Assembly (NCBI GenBank): GCA_963706975.1
Contig: CAVPOL010000057.1
Location: 76,499 to 140,498, forward strand
Length of the DNA stretch: 64,000 nt
Source: an uncultured Alphaproteobacteria bacterium
GTDB lineage: Bacteria > Pseudomonadota > Alphaproteobacteria > Rhizobiales > Xanthobacteraceae
Direction: 5' to 3'
This document shows positions 29,864 to 43,055 of this stretch, in pieces. The notes under the pieces are model-generated. The model searched no databases. It saw only the letters and a list, made by a program, of their open reading frames with translations, and had not been told where the DNA came from. The first letter of the stretch is position 1. Every line of letters starts with the position of its first letter. Made by a program: the position numbers and the translations under genes.

Positions 29864-31372
29864 GCGTCCGGCTCCTGCAGCAACGGCCGGCCTTCGCCGA
29901 CGTAGACGGGAACGCCGCGAAGCACGCCCTGAAAGCCGTCGAGCGGCTCGCCGATGGTGAGGCCGCGGTTATCGATGCGGTATTCCCGAATGGTCGATTC
30001 ATGGGCGCCGGTGCGCTTCTTGATAATCGACATCGCGCGCCGCACATTGCCGAGCGCCTCAAAGTAGCGCAACAGGATCACGGTGTCGGCGAGATAGGTA
30101 ACGTCCACCGGCGCCTTCATGTCGCCGACCAGCCCGTGCTGAGCCACGGTCATGAATGTCGCCGCGCCCTGCCGGTTCAGATATTGCAGCAATTCGTGCA
30201 TATGCAGGATCAGCGAGTTCTCTTCGGGCATCGCCGCCTGATATCCGTTCAGACTGTCGATCACGACGGTCTTGATCCGGTCTTCATCGACTCGCCTGCG
30301 GACGCGATGAGCGAACTCGCCGGGCGACAATTCGGCGGCATCGACCTGTTCGATGAAGAGATCACCGCCTGTGCTGCATTGCCTCGAGGTCGATACCGAG
30401 ACCTTTCATGCGCGAAAACAACAAGCCGAGTTCTTCGTCGAACACGAACAGGGCCACCTTTTCGCCGCGCTTGATGGCGGCGACGGCAAACACGATGGTG
30501 ACCAGCGATTTGCCGGTGCCGGCGGGCCCGAGGATCAGAGTGCTCGAGCCAGTCTCGATCCCGTTGCCCAGCAACTGGTCAAATTCGGCGATGCCGCTCG
30601 ACATGGTGTGGCGCTCGAAAACCTTGCGATACTCCGCCGCCACCAGCCGCGGAAACACGTTGAGCCCGCCGGTCGTGATGGTGACATCGTGATAGCCGCC
30701 GCGGAACTTGACGCCGCGATATTTAATGACGCGAACACGACGGCGCTCCGCGCCGTAGCCCGGCGCCGTTTCCTCAAGACGAACCACGCCATGGGCCACG
30801 CTGTGCACGGTCTTGTCCGCGACATCGGCGGTGAGGTCGTCGAGCAGCAGCACGGTAGTGCTGAATTGCGCGAAGTAATGCTTGATCGCCAGAACCTGCC
30901 GGCGGTAGCGCAGCGAACTCTGCGCCAGCAAACGGATTTCGGACAGGCTGTCGAGCACGACCCGGGACGGTTGCGAGCGAGCCACCGCTTCGAATATCTG
31001 CTTGGTGGTCTCGCCGAGTTCGAGATCGGACGAATACAGCAGGCTCTGCTGCTGTTCGGAATCCAGCAGGCTTTCCGGCGGCAGCAGTTCGAACACCTCG
31101 ATGCGGTCGTCCAGCGACCAGCCATGCGAGGCGGCACCGTCGCGCAATTCGCGCTCGGTTTCGGACAGGGTGATGTAGAGGCATTTCTCCCCGGCCTTGG
31201 CGCCTTCGCGCAAAAATTGCAGCGCAACCGTGGTCTTGCCGGTGCCGGGAGAGCCTTCAAGCAGGAATAGATGCCCGCGCGAAAACCCGCCCGACAGGAT
31301 ATTGTCGAGCCCCCAAATGCCCGACATGGCCTTCTTTTCGGCCTTGTCGGCGAACGTATCGACTGAGTTCAT
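29860..31372 (-). CDS. KaiC-like double RecA-domain ATPase (frameshift near 30365)
   Basis: GSPGTGKT and GPAGTGKS Walker A motifs, VLDSL/VIDSL, KYRG/KKR. Confidence 0.88.
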
Positions 31373-31430
31373 AACACCGCCTAACGGGGGATAAGCCGCC
31401 ACGGCACCAGTCGGTTCCGAAAAAATGGAA

Positions 31431-31913
31431 CTATTCTTGCGGAAAAAATTCCGGCCACATCGCGCGCCATTTTTCCGCCAGCCGACGAAAATCACCGGGC
31501 GAGCCGTCGTGACATTCGGCGCCATCAGCTGGAAGCAGCCAGCCCTGTGCGCTGGCCATGAACATATGCGCTACCGGCGCCAGCCATCTGGTGTCGTCGA
31601 GCGTGCCGGCACGCACATTCATCGATTCCGGGCGCCCTTTCCGCTCGCCATAGAGCCGCGACCCGCAATCGCCGCAGAACCATGAGGTCACATCCGCGCC
31701 GGAGGGTGACTTGTGATGCCATCCCTTCGGCTCGCCTCGCAGGATACGAAAGCCTTTCGTGGGCACCGGCAGATTGAGCGCGAACGCGCTGCCGGAGGCG
31801 GTCTGGCAATCCGTGCAGTTGCAGGTATAGAGCAACAGCGGAAACGAAGTGACCTCGTAACGGATCGCGCCGCAAGAGCAGCCGCCGGTCAGGGGAAGCA
31901 CGGGCCACGTCAT
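31431..31913 (-). CDS. GFA (CENP-V/Mss4-like) family protein
   Basis: GGCSCGAIRY, CNCTDCQ, FCGDCGS. Confidence 0.9.
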   Translation of the reverse strand: MTWPVLPLTGGCSCGAIRYEVTSFPLLLYTCNCTDCQTASGSAFALNLPVPTKGFRILRGEPKGWHHKSPSGADVTSWFCGDCGSRLYGERKGRPESMNVRAGTLDDTRWLAPVAHMFMASAQGWLLPADGAECHDGSPGDFRRLAEKWRAMWPEFFPQE

Positions 31914-31964
31914 CGATCACTCCGATGCAAGGGACCCAAGCCTATCCGCAAGGGATTGCGAAGC

Positions 31965-32740
31965 TCAACGCTTCTCGATCACAAGGCTCTGCACGGCGCG
32001 GCCGAAATAGCCGCCGGTATCGGCAAGCCGCGCCATCGCGAGGCCGGCGCCATCCGGCCCGATCCAGGTTTCCGCATCGAGCAAGATCCATTCGCCGGCC
32101 GGTTGCCGCGCAAAACTGACTGACAGGTCGGCATTGATGAAGGTCCAGTCGCGAAAATCCAGCGCGGCCGAGGTGCCGTTGCAGAAATCGGCCGCGACCA
32201 CCACCCGCATCGCCTGCGACAGCGGAAAGCCTTCGACCAGAGGCCGGTCGGCGCGATACCAGATCGCGCCGGGACCCGGCACGCCAAAACCGCCGCGGGC
32301 GGCGCGCATGGATACGCCGCTCGAGAACGGGCTCGAGGAAAAATTCGCCGGCTCGACGCGCGATTGATCGGGACCCGGCAATTTTATCGGCAAATCGCCG
32401 ACATCGGATGGCAGCGTCAAGCGCCTGCGTCTTGATCTTGAGCACGGTGGCGCTGACCACGACGACGCCATCGGCGCAACAGGCGGACCGCGCAAAGTTG
32501 GATTTTCCGCCCCGCGCGCAGCACCTCGGTGTGCAGCGTCAATGGCGCCACCGGCACCGGGCGCATCAGGTCGATGGTGACGCGCGCGATCCGCATCGGC
32601 ACCGGCGTCGCAATCGCCTCCGCCGCCCACACCACCAGCGCCGCCGGCGCCGAGCCGTGCTGCATGCCGGGGTCCCATGGCCCGGCGGCGTCAGGACTGG
32701 TGACGACATGATTGCCGTCCACGCGAAAGATGGCGTCCAT
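31965..32740 (-). CDS. TesB-like acyl-CoA thioesterase family (frameshift near 32480)
   Basis: GPWDPGMQHGSAP, AADFCNG, FINADLSV. Confidence 0.8.
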
Positions 32741-32766
32741 TAGATCAATTTCCGCTTTCAGAGCTT

Positions 32767-32887
32767 GCGTTCTCCGAACGCTGCGCAGCACGAAGTGGTG
32801 CGCTGCTGATCCGGGGTCCATGTCGCGGCGAGAGACCCCGTCGCGGTCCGCGGACGCGCGCGCACCGCCGCCGCGTCCGGGACACGA
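32767..32887. repeat. REP-like palindromic element
   Basis: gcgcagcacgaagtggtgcgctgctgatccggggtcc ... cgcgtccgggacacg, intergenic. Confidence 0.6.
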
Positions 32888-32900
32888 TGCCATACGAGCA

Positions 32901-33870
32901 TCACAGCGCCGGATCGACCGCCTCGTCGTATTCGCGTTTGAACCGCGCGATCAGTTCGGCGGCGGGCAGCACCTTGCCGACGCTGCCGACGCCCTGGCCC
33001 GAGCCCCAGATTTCCTTCCAGGCTTTCGGCTTGGCGCGCTCGCCCGAGGCGTCGGTGCCGAAATTCATCTTCGACGGATCGGACTCCGGCAGATTGTCGG
33101 GGTCCATCCCGGCGGCGACGATGGATTTTTTCAGATAATTGCCATGCACGCCGGTGAACAGGTTGGAATAGACGATGTCCTCCGCCGTCGAGGTCGTGAC
33201 CATCTGCTTGTAGCCCTCCACCGCATTGGCCTCCGACGTGGCGATGAAGGCGGAGCCGATATAGGCGAAGTCGGCGCCCAGCGTGCGCGCGGCGCGGATG
33301 GCGCGGCCGTTGCCGATCGCGCCCGACAGCGCGATCGGGCCATCGAACCATTGCCGTGTCTCCGCCACGAAGGCGAATGGCGAGATCTCGCCGGCATGGC
33401 CGCCGGCGCCGGCGGATACCAGGATCAGGCCGTCGGCGCCCTTCTCGATCGCCTTGTGCGCGAATTTCTGGTTGATCACGTCGTGAAACACGATGCCGCC
33501 CCAGCCATGCGCGGCCTGGTTGAGTTCTTCGCGCGCGCCGAGCGAGGTGATGATCATCGGCACCTTGTGCTTCTCGCAAAGCGCCAGATCCTGATCGAGC
33601 CGGTTGTTGGATTTGTGCACGATCTGGTTGACCGCGAACGGCGCCGACAGCCGCTTCCGGATGCGCCTTGTCATGCGCGGCAAGTTCCTCCCTGATCCGT
33701 GCCAGCCACTCGTCGAGCAGCGCCGGCGGGCGCGCGTTCAGCGACGGAAACGAGCCGACGATACCCGCCTTGCACTGCGCGATCACCAGATCCGGCACAG
33801 AGATGATGAACAGTGGCGCCCCGATCACCGGAATCGACAGACGGCCCTTGAACAGAGCAGGCATGGACAT
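32901..33870 (-). CDS. Nitronate monooxygenase / FabK-like flavoprotein, second paralog (frameshift near 33660)
   Basis: IPVIGAPLFIIS, GAGGHAG, YIGSAFIATSEA, WGSGQGV. Confidence 0.85.
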
Positions 33871-34020
33871 GCGAGAAAATCCTTTCGGTTGGTCAGGGAA
33901 GCGTGATGCTTGTCGGCAAGGCTTGTTGGCCGGAAAGATGCCAGACATCATACCATTATGGCAAAATACCATTATGGCAAATCGGCATTTTGCGCTTGCG
34001 CCAAGGCGCTACCAGAGCCG

Positions 34021-34636
34021 CTACTGGCACAGCGCGCGGGTGACGTAATTTTCGTTCCTGCAGTCGCCCGGTTCGCGCTTGTGGCCCGGCAGGTATACCT
34101 TGGCAGAGCATTTCTCCGCGGCATCGGTGTCGAGGCTCTTGCCTTCCTTGTAGCCCTTGGTCTGGCAGAGCTTGTCGGCGCCGGCCTTGCAGTCCGGCGC
34201 GCCGTTGGCCGAGACCGGACATCCCATGCGGCCGGTCACCATCGCCGCGGGTTTGGCGATGCGCGACAGGCTTTCGCCTGCATCCTTGGTGGCATCCCTG
34301 GCGCGCGTGTTCAGATCCTCGATGGTCTCCTGCGGGACTTGATGGTGGGCAGCATCGATTTGGACTTGTCCCACAATTTGCCGATTTCGTTGATCAGGCC
34401 GGGATTTTCTTCCGGCGACCGGCGTGCGGGTGCATGGCTGGCGCGAGGTTCGTTCGGCGCGGGACGGGTCCGGGCACGGCCTGCTGCGCCGGGCGTCTGG
34501 ATGCCGAGCAGAGGATGGCGGCGCCGCCTGCGGCCAGCCGGTCGCGGTGGCCATGACCGACATCAACAGCGCCGCACATGCGGTCGCGACGTGCGTCCTG
34601 GACGAGCAAAAGAAAGTTGCCGGCTCGATCAAGCAT
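34021..34636 (-). CDS. Secreted Cys-containing hypothetical protein (frameshifted; start uncertain)
   Basis: C-terminus CPVSANGAPDCKAGADKLC...YVTRALCQ. Confidence 0.55.
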
Positions 34637-34689
34637 GGGCGGAAAGGTAACCCGAAGCAGCGGGCCGGCAAAGCATTTCACTACGAATG

Positions 34690-35272
34690 TCAGATCATCT
34701 TGAATGCGACGACGAATCCGAGCACGAGCACGACGGCGCCGATCGCCACCCACAGCCCCAGACGCTTCTCGATCTGCGCCCGGATCCATTCGCCGTAGCG
34801 GTTGAGCAGGATCGCGACCACGAAGAAGCGGCCGCCGCGGGCGATGATCGAACACACGACGAACAGCCAGATGTTGTAGTCGGCAAAACCCGAGGTGATC
34901 GTGACGAGCTTGTAGGGGATCGGCGTCAGGCCCTTGCCGATAATGATCAGCGGCGCCCCACTCGGCATAGGAGGCGCGGAAGGCCTCGACCTTGCCGCTG
35001 AGACCATAAATCTGGATCAGCCATTGCCCCAGCGAATCATAAAGCAGCGCGCCGATGGCGTAGCCGACGACGCCGCCCAGCACCGAGGTCACGGTGCAGA
35101 CCATGGCGTAGAACCAGGCCCGCTCCGGCCGCGCCAGCGACATCGGGATCAGCATCACATCCGGCGGCACCGGAAAAAACGAGCTTTCCGCGAACGACAC
35201 CGCGCCCATGATCCAGACCGAGTATGGCTTGTGGGCGGACTCGATGCACCAATCGTAAATCCGTCTCAGCAT
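34690..35272 (-). CDS. YqaA/DedA-family membrane protein (frameshift near 34955)
   Basis: SFAESSFFPVPPDVMLIPM, LTPIPYKLVTI, RGGRFF. Confidence 0.88.
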
Positions 35273-35335
35273 GGCGCGATGAACCACCGTGGGACGAATT
35301 TGTCCATGCCGGGAGCGGGACGAAATCAGGGGATT

Positions 35336-35759
35336 TTAGTGCCGCTTTCGCAGGCAACGGCCTTCCAGCGCGACAATTCGCCGCCGGACGGCCGCGGGAG
35401 GGCGGGACCGCCTTGGGCAAGGAAGCCGCCTTGGGCAATTTGACCGATGATTTCGGCAGCTTCTCGGCGATCCCGAGCAGACGTTCGCGCCGTTCCATCT
35501 CGCTCCAGACGTCCTCGGGCCGCACGCCAGCCGAGGCCCACAACACCGTGAGATTGTAGAGCAGATCGGCGCTCTCGCGGACCACCGCCGCCGAATTGCC
35601 ATTGACGGCATCGATCACGACCTCGATGGCTTCTTCCGCCAGTTTCTTGGCCATCTTGGCCGGGCCGCGCTGAAACAGCCGCGCGGTTCGCGACGTCGCC
35701 GGATCGAGATCCTTGGCCGCCAGCACAGCCAGATAGAGTTTCTCGAGCGAATCACTCAT
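35336..35759 (-). CDS. hisE: Phosphoribosyl-ATP pyrophosphatase HisE-like protein with basic tail (frameshift near 35400)
   Basis: SRTARLF, KKLAEEAIEVVI, ESADLLYNL. Confidence 0.75.
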
Positions 35760-35832
35760 CGCTCGAAACTAGTCGAAACCGATGCAAAGCGTGTTAACGA
35801 CCGGCCGTTCCGCCAGCCATGCGGGCGAAACA

Positions 35833-35864
35833 AATCCGCCGGCATCGCGAGGATGCCGGCGGAT
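35833..35864 (-). terminator. Intrinsic terminator-like hairpin
   Basis: atccgccggcatc / gatgccggcggat stem followed by TTGTTT on the minus strand. Confidence 0.55.
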
Positions 35865-35873
35865 CGAGTTCAG

Positions 35874-36349
35874 TCAGGCCAGCGAGCTACCAGCCGTGAT
35901 TGGGTGTCCTTTAAACGGGGCACGGGCGCCTGACCGATTTCCGCGAGTGTCACGCCGCCAGTAGTACGGGCTGGCCGCCGTAATAGCCGGACCGCCGCCA
36001 TAGTAGGCCGGACCGCCGTTATAATAGACCGGCCCGCCGCCATAATAGACCGTAGCTATCGTAGTAATCGTCCCGGCGGGTCTGGGCCGCCGCGATCGCA
36101 ATGCCGGTGCCGACGATGCCCGCGAACGCCAAGCTGCCGCTGCACCTCCGCCACCATACCGCCACGATAGTAGCGACGGGCGCTGAAATCGGTGGCGTCG
36201 CTGGTCGCCGGCCGACGTCGACAGGCCCTGGCCTCGGCGGAACCGGCCGCGCCATCGACGGCTCGAACGCCGTCAGCGCCACCGCCGCGACGTCGCCATG
36301 ACGGCGGCGCGGCCGATCGATGCGAAAGAAGCTTTTACGACGCGAACAT
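35874..36349 (-). CDS. Secreted Gly/Tyr-rich hypothetical protein (several frameshifts)
   Basis: ATDFSARRY, AFAGIVGTGIAIAAAQ, repeated YYGGGP; GGAGG RBS. Confidence 0.55.
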
Positions 36350-36579
36350 CTCGATGTCCTCCGTGGTAGTCTGGCCTGGCAGGCCTCGATGCACTAACCA
36401 CTGGGCCCATCTTAGGTTCCCAATCCGAATGGAGCTGAACGATCGGTGTCGAAATCATGGCACTCATCGACCGTTCAGGTTCGATGCGACAGAATGCCCA
36501 TCCAGCGGCGCCTGTGCGCGCATGAAACAGACATAGCCGGCGCCGCAACTGACGTCTCGGGCCGCCTGAAGTAGTCGCG

Positions 36580-37639
36580 ATGCGTGTAAAATCGACCATT
36601 GCCGTCCGCTGCTTCCTGACCCTCGCTGCTGGGCACTGCTGGCTCTCGGCGGGGTCGACGCTGCGGAAACAAGGGCCGAGGGCGAAGCGAGGCCACCGGT
36701 CGCGATCCAGTTTTCCCTCGATCGTCCGCTCGATGCCAGCGCCGCGCCCTTCGTGCTGGCGACGAGCAGCGGCCTGTTCGGCTCCGAGGGTCTCGCGGTC
36801 AACACCAACATCGCCAGCGGATCGCGGATGGCATCGCGCGGGTCGCCGACGGCAGCAGCGAATTTGCGCTGGTCGACATCAACGTGCTGATCCGCTTTCG
36901 CGACAAAGCGGATGCACCGCCCGTCAAGGCGGTGTTCATGCTGTTCAACAGGGCGCCCTACGCCATCATCGCGCGCAGGAGTCGCGGTATCCAGGCGCTC
37001 TCCGACATGACCGGCAAAACCCTCGGCGTTGCGGAGGGCGACTTCTCGGTCTGGTTCTGGCCGGCGCTGGCGCACCAGAACGGAATCAAGATCGCAAGCG
37101 TGAAGCAGGCCAAATTCAGCCCCGCCGTGCGGGACCCGATGCTGTCGGCGGGCCAGGTCGACGCAGTGAACGGATTTTCCTATCTGGCCGGGGTCAATCT
37201 GAGGGACCGCGGCGTTCCCGCGGACGATCTCACCGTGCTTCGCTATGCCGACTATGGCTGTGAAGCCTACGGGTTCGCGCTGATCGTCAATCCAAAGTTT
37301 GCAGCAGCCTAGCCCGAAGCGGTGAAGGGCTTCCTGCGCGCGGTCATCGCCGGCATCCATCTGACCATCAACGCACCCGGACGCGCGGTGGATGAAGTCG
37401 TGAATCGGATGGACGGCGGAACGCACGATCTCGAACTGGAACGGCTGCGCACCGTGATTCGCGACAACATCGTCACCGCAGAAGTCCGGCGCAACGGCAT
37501 CGGCGGCATCGATCCCGGCCGGCTCAATCGGTCGATCGATCAGATGGCCGAGGATTTCAAGTTCCAGAAGCGGCCGGCGGTGGCGGATATTTTCGACGAT
37601 TCCTTCCTGCCTCCGCTCGGCGGCCGGCTGATCAACTGA
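36580..37639 (+). CDS. NMT1/THI5-like ABC substrate-binding protein (frameshifts and in-frame TAG at 37310)
   Basis: IQFSLDRPLD, MLSAGQVDAVNGFSY, PEAVKGFLRAV, IFDDSFLPP. Confidence 0.75.
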
Positions 37640-37729
37640 GCAAAATCTCGTTGGGCGCTGTATCTCGCCCACAATCCCTGATTAGATCGCGGCTCGCACG
37701 ACTCTGCCGACCCCCCGAGCCCCGCCCGC

Positions 37730-39532
<1,803 letters not shown>

Positions 39533-39707
39533 CTATCGGCAGTTTCGACCTATTTCGTCCACGATTTAATCGCACAGCCTCTGTTCCGGGCCTGCAAGCG
39601 GGTATAGGTTTGCAGCCGCCGTTGCCGACGGTGCCGGACACGCTTGAAACCCGAACCTCACTCGCAGGCCCTCTCGCAGGCGGGTCTCAAAGGACCGGAA
39701 CCGGATA

Positions 39708-41180
39708 GTGCATTTTTTGAACCCTTCGCTTCGCACCTCATCGTTGATCTGGGCCCTCGGCGCCGTGCTCGCCGTCGCGGCACCGCGGGTCGCGCAGGCG
39801 GAAGCGCTGCTGGTTGTCGAGGCCGATACCGGCAGGGTGCTGCAGGCCGATAACGCCACCGTTCCCTGGTACCCGGCCTCGGTGACGAAAATCATGACGG
39901 CCTATGTGACGCTGAGGGCGGTCAAGGAAGGACGCCTCTCGCTCGAACAGTCGCTGACGGTGTCGCCGGTCGCGGCCTCGCAGTCGCCTTCGAAAATGGG
40001 ATTCCGGCCTGGCACCCTGGTCACCGTCGAAAATGCGCTGGCGATGATGATGGTGAAGTCGGCCAACGACATGGCCGTGGTGCTCGCCGAAGGCGTCGCC
40101 GGATCGGTCGACGGTTTCTCGGCGCAGATGAATGCGACGGCGCAGCGACTCGGCATGACGCAGACCCATTACGTCAATCCGAACGGATTGCCTGCCGAAG
40201 ACCAGGTCACTTCGGCGCGGGATCTCGTGATCCTCGCCCGTGCGGTGATCCGCGATTTGCCGGAATACGAATATTTCATGCACATCCCGGCGATCCGCTT
40301 CGGCCGCCGCGTGACCAACAATTTCAACCATCTGATCGGGCGCTATCCCGGCGCCGATGGTTTCAAGACCGGCTTCATCTGCGCCTCCGGCTACAATCTG
40401 GTTGGTTCGGCTACGCGCAACGGCAAGCGCCTGATCGCGGTGGTGCTCGGCTCGACCTCCGGCCGTCAGCGCGCAGTGCGGGCGGCCCAACTGCTCGAGC
40501 GCGGCTTTGCCAATACCGGACTGTCATGGCTGCGGCCCTCGCTCGGTTCGGTCGACAATCTGGTGCCGGTCAATGCCTCGCCGCCGAACCTGCGCGACGA
40601 GATGTGCGGCGGTAAGCGCAAGCGTCCGGCCACCGACGAGGACGCGGAAACCACGGCCGCCGTCGCCAATGCCGGCGGCGGCGAAAACAACCCGATCGCG
40701 TTTTTCACCGCCGGATTGCAGGCGCCGATGCCGAAGGCGTCGGACCTGCTGGCGGCGGGCCGCGAGGCGTCGGAGCCGATGGTGGTCTATACCGGCCCGA
40801 AGAAGACCGGCACGGCCCTGATCGCCGCCGTGGCTGTCGACGAGCAGAAGCAGACCACGCGGCCGCGCGGGAAGAAGTCGCGGGTCGCGGCCAAACCGGA
40901 CGCGGCGGCGGAGCCAAAGGCCGAAGCAAAGCCCGAAACCAAGCAAGCCAGATCCGAACCAAAACCCAAGCCGGCCGTCCAGCACGCCAACGTCAAGCCG
41001 GCGGCTGCGCCGAAAACCGAGAAGCCGGCGGCCGCGCCGAAAGCCGAGAAGCCGGCGACCACTGCCGACAAGCCCGCCGCTGCCAGGCCGGCCAAACCCA
41101 AGGCTGCTGCCAAGCCCGCGCCCGACGGCACCGAGGCGAAGCCCGCGGGCCCGAAGACCGCCACCGCACCGAAGACCTGA
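39708..41180 (+). CDS. D-alanyl-D-alanine carboxypeptidase (S11) with Pro/Ala/Lys tail
   Basis: PASVTKIM (SxxK), SAND (SxN), KTG. Confidence 0.92.
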   Translation: MHFLNPSLRTSSLIWALGAVLAVAAPRVAQAEALLVVEADTGRVLQADNATVPWYPASVTKIMTAYVTLRAVKEGRLSLEQSLTVSPVAASQSPSKMGFRPGTLVTVENALAMMMVKSANDMAVVLAEGVAGSVDGFSAQMNATAQRLGMTQTHYVNPNGLPAEDQVTSARDLVILARAVIRDLPEYEYFMHIPAIRFGRRVTNNFNHLIGRYPGADGFKTGFICASGYNLVGSATRNGKRLIAVVLGSTSGRQRAVRAAQLLERGFANTGLSWLRPSLGSVDNLVPVNASPPNLRDEMCGGKRKRPATDEDAETTAAVANAGGGENNPIAFFTAGLQAPMPKASDLLAAGREASEPMVVYTGPKKTGTALIAAVAVDEQKQTTRPRGKKSRVAAKPDAAAEPKAEAKPETKQARSEPKPKPAVQHANVKPAAAPKTEKPAAAPKAEKPATTADKPAAARPAKPKAAAKPAPDGTEAKPAGPKTATAPKT

Positions 41181-41329
41181 GGCGGCTGTACGGCCGCCCC
41201 GACCGGGCTTTTTAACCGACAATGCGTCGATAACGCGCAGCCGCTTGCCATCGGCCGCCGCATTGCTCAATACTGACCAAAACAAGGCGTCCCGGGACAA
41301 TAACCGGAAACAACCAGAGGGGAAGCACC

Positions 41330-43015
41330 ATGGAACGAATCTGGCTCAAGCAGTATCCGGCCGGCGTGCCCGCCGATATCGACCTCAACCAGTACTCGTC
41401 GCTGGTCGAATTGCTGGAGGAGAGCTTCAAGAAGTTCGCCGACCGCAAGGCCTTCATCTGCATGGACAAATCGATCAGCTACCGCGATCTCGACGAGATG
41501 TCGCAGGCGCTCGGCGCCTATCTGCAGAGCAAGGGCCTTCAGAAGGGCGCGCGCGTCGCGCTGATGATGCCGAACGTGCTGCAATATCCGGTCTCGACCG
41601 CCGCGGTGCTGCGCGCCGGCTATGCGGTGGTGAACGTCAATCCGCTCTACACCCCGCGCGAGCTCGAGCACCAGCTGAAGGATTCCGGCGCCGAAGCCAT
41701 CATCGTGCTGGAAAACTTCGCCAACACCGTGCAGCAGGTGATCGCGAAGACCGCGGTCAAGCATGTCATCGTCGGCAGCATGGGCGACCTGCTCGGCCTC
41801 AAGGGCGTGATCGTCAATCTGGTGGTGCGGCGGGTGAAGAAGATGGTGCCGGCCTGGTCGCTCCCGGGTTCGGTCGCCTTCAACGACGCGATATCGGCCG
41901 GCCGCGGCATGAAGCTGAACAAGCCGAAGCTCACGCTCGAGGATGTCGCCTTCCTGCAATATACCGGCGGCACCACCGGCGTCTCCAAGGGCGCGACGCT
42001 GCTTCATCGCAACATCCTGGCCAACGTGCTGCAGAACGACGCCTGGCTGCAGCCGGCGCTGAAGAAGCCGCCGATCGTCGACAACATGATCATCGTCTGC
42101 GCGCTGCCGCTGTATCACATCTTCGCGCTGACCGCGTGCTACCTGCTGGGCATGCGCGCCGGCGGCACCAATCTCCTGATCCCCAACCCGCGCGACATGC
42201 CCGGCTTCGTCAAGGAACTGACGAAATACCAGGTCAGCTTTTTCCCGGCCGTCAACACGCTCTACAACGGCCTGTTGAACACGCCGGGGTTCGACAAGAT
42301 CGACTTCTCCAAGCTGAAGGTCTCCAACGGCGGCGGCATGGCGACGCAACGACCGGTTGCCGAGAAGTGGCTGGCGGTGACCGGCTGCCCGCTGTCCGAG
42401 GGCTACGGCCTGTCGGAGACCTCGCCGACGCTGACCTGCAACCCCGCCGACATGGACAAGTTTTCCGGCTCGATCGGCATTCCCGTGCCGTCGACCTGGA
42501 TTTCGATCCGCGACGATGACGGCAATGAAGTGCCGCTCGGCACCGCCGGCGAGATCTGCGCCAAGGGTCCGCAGGTGATGACTGGTTACTGGAAACGGCC
42601 GGAAGAGACCGCCAATGTGATGACGGCGGACGGTTATTTCCGCACCGGCGACATCGGCGTGATGGACGAGCGTGGCTACACCAAGATCGTGGATCGCAAG
42701 AAGGACATGATCCTGGTCTCCGGCTTCAACGTCTATCCGAACGAGATCGAGGAAGTGATCGCGAGCCATCCCGGCGTGCTGGAATGCGCCGTGATCGGCG
42801 TCGTCGACGCCAAGTCCGGCGAGGCGGTCAAGGCCTTCATCGTCAAGAAGGACCCCAACCTCACGGTCGACGATGTGATCAAGTTCTGCACCACCCAGCT
42901 GACCGGCTACAAGGTGCCGAAACAGATCGAGTTCAGGACCGAATTGCCGAAGACCAACGTCGGAAAAATCCTGCGCCGCGAACTGCGCGACGAAAAGAAG
43001 GCGGCGGCGGCCTGA
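41330..43015 (+). CDS. fadD: Long-chain fatty acid-CoA ligase
   Basis: LQYTGGTTGVSKGA, EGYGLSETSP, DRKKDMILVSGFNVYPNEIE. Confidence 0.9.
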   Translation: MERIWLKQYPAGVPADIDLNQYSSLVELLEESFKKFADRKAFICMDKSISYRDLDEMSQALGAYLQSKGLQKGARVALMMPNVLQYPVSTAAVLRAGYAVVNVNPLYTPRELEHQLKDSGAEAIIVLENFANTVQQVIAKTAVKHVIVGSMGDLLGLKGVIVNLVVRRVKKMVPAWSLPGSVAFNDAISAGRGMKLNKPKLTLEDVAFLQYTGGTTGVSKGATLLHRNILANVLQNDAWLQPALKKPPIVDNMIIVCALPLYHIFALTACYLLGMRAGGTNLLIPNPRDMPGFVKELTKYQVSFFPAVNTLYNGLLNTPGFDKIDFSKLKVSNGGGMATQRPVAEKWLAVTGCPLSEGYGLSETSPTLTCNPADMDKFSGSIGIPVPSTWISIRDDDGNEVPLGTAGEICAKGPQVMTGYWKRPEETANVMTADGYFRTGDIGVMDERGYTKIVDRKKDMILVSGFNVYPNEIEEVIASHPGVLECAVIGVVDAKSGEAVKAFIVKKDPNLTVDDVIKFCTTQLTGYKVPKQIEFRTELPKTNVGKILRRELRDEKKAAAA

Positions 43016-43055
43016 GTATATCCGCACCATGAGGAGAAAAGCGGCATCCTCAACT

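Noticed and set aside
29860-31372. True circadian clock locus
   Set aside because: No kaiA or kaiB, and the phosphosite segment differs from cyanobacterial KaiC
31395-31422. EcfG promoter upstream of the kaiC-like gene
   Set aside because: GGAAC is present on the minus strand but the -10 reads GGCT/GCTT, not CGTT; too weak to call
37310-37312. Amber read-through (pyrrolysine) in the substrate-binding protein
   Set aside because: No pyl genes; the same gene has other indels; a single substitution error or pseudogenisation is simpler
40900-41180. Tandem repeats in the carboxypeptidase tail (EKPAAAPK)
   Set aside because: Ordinary in-frame low-complexity linker
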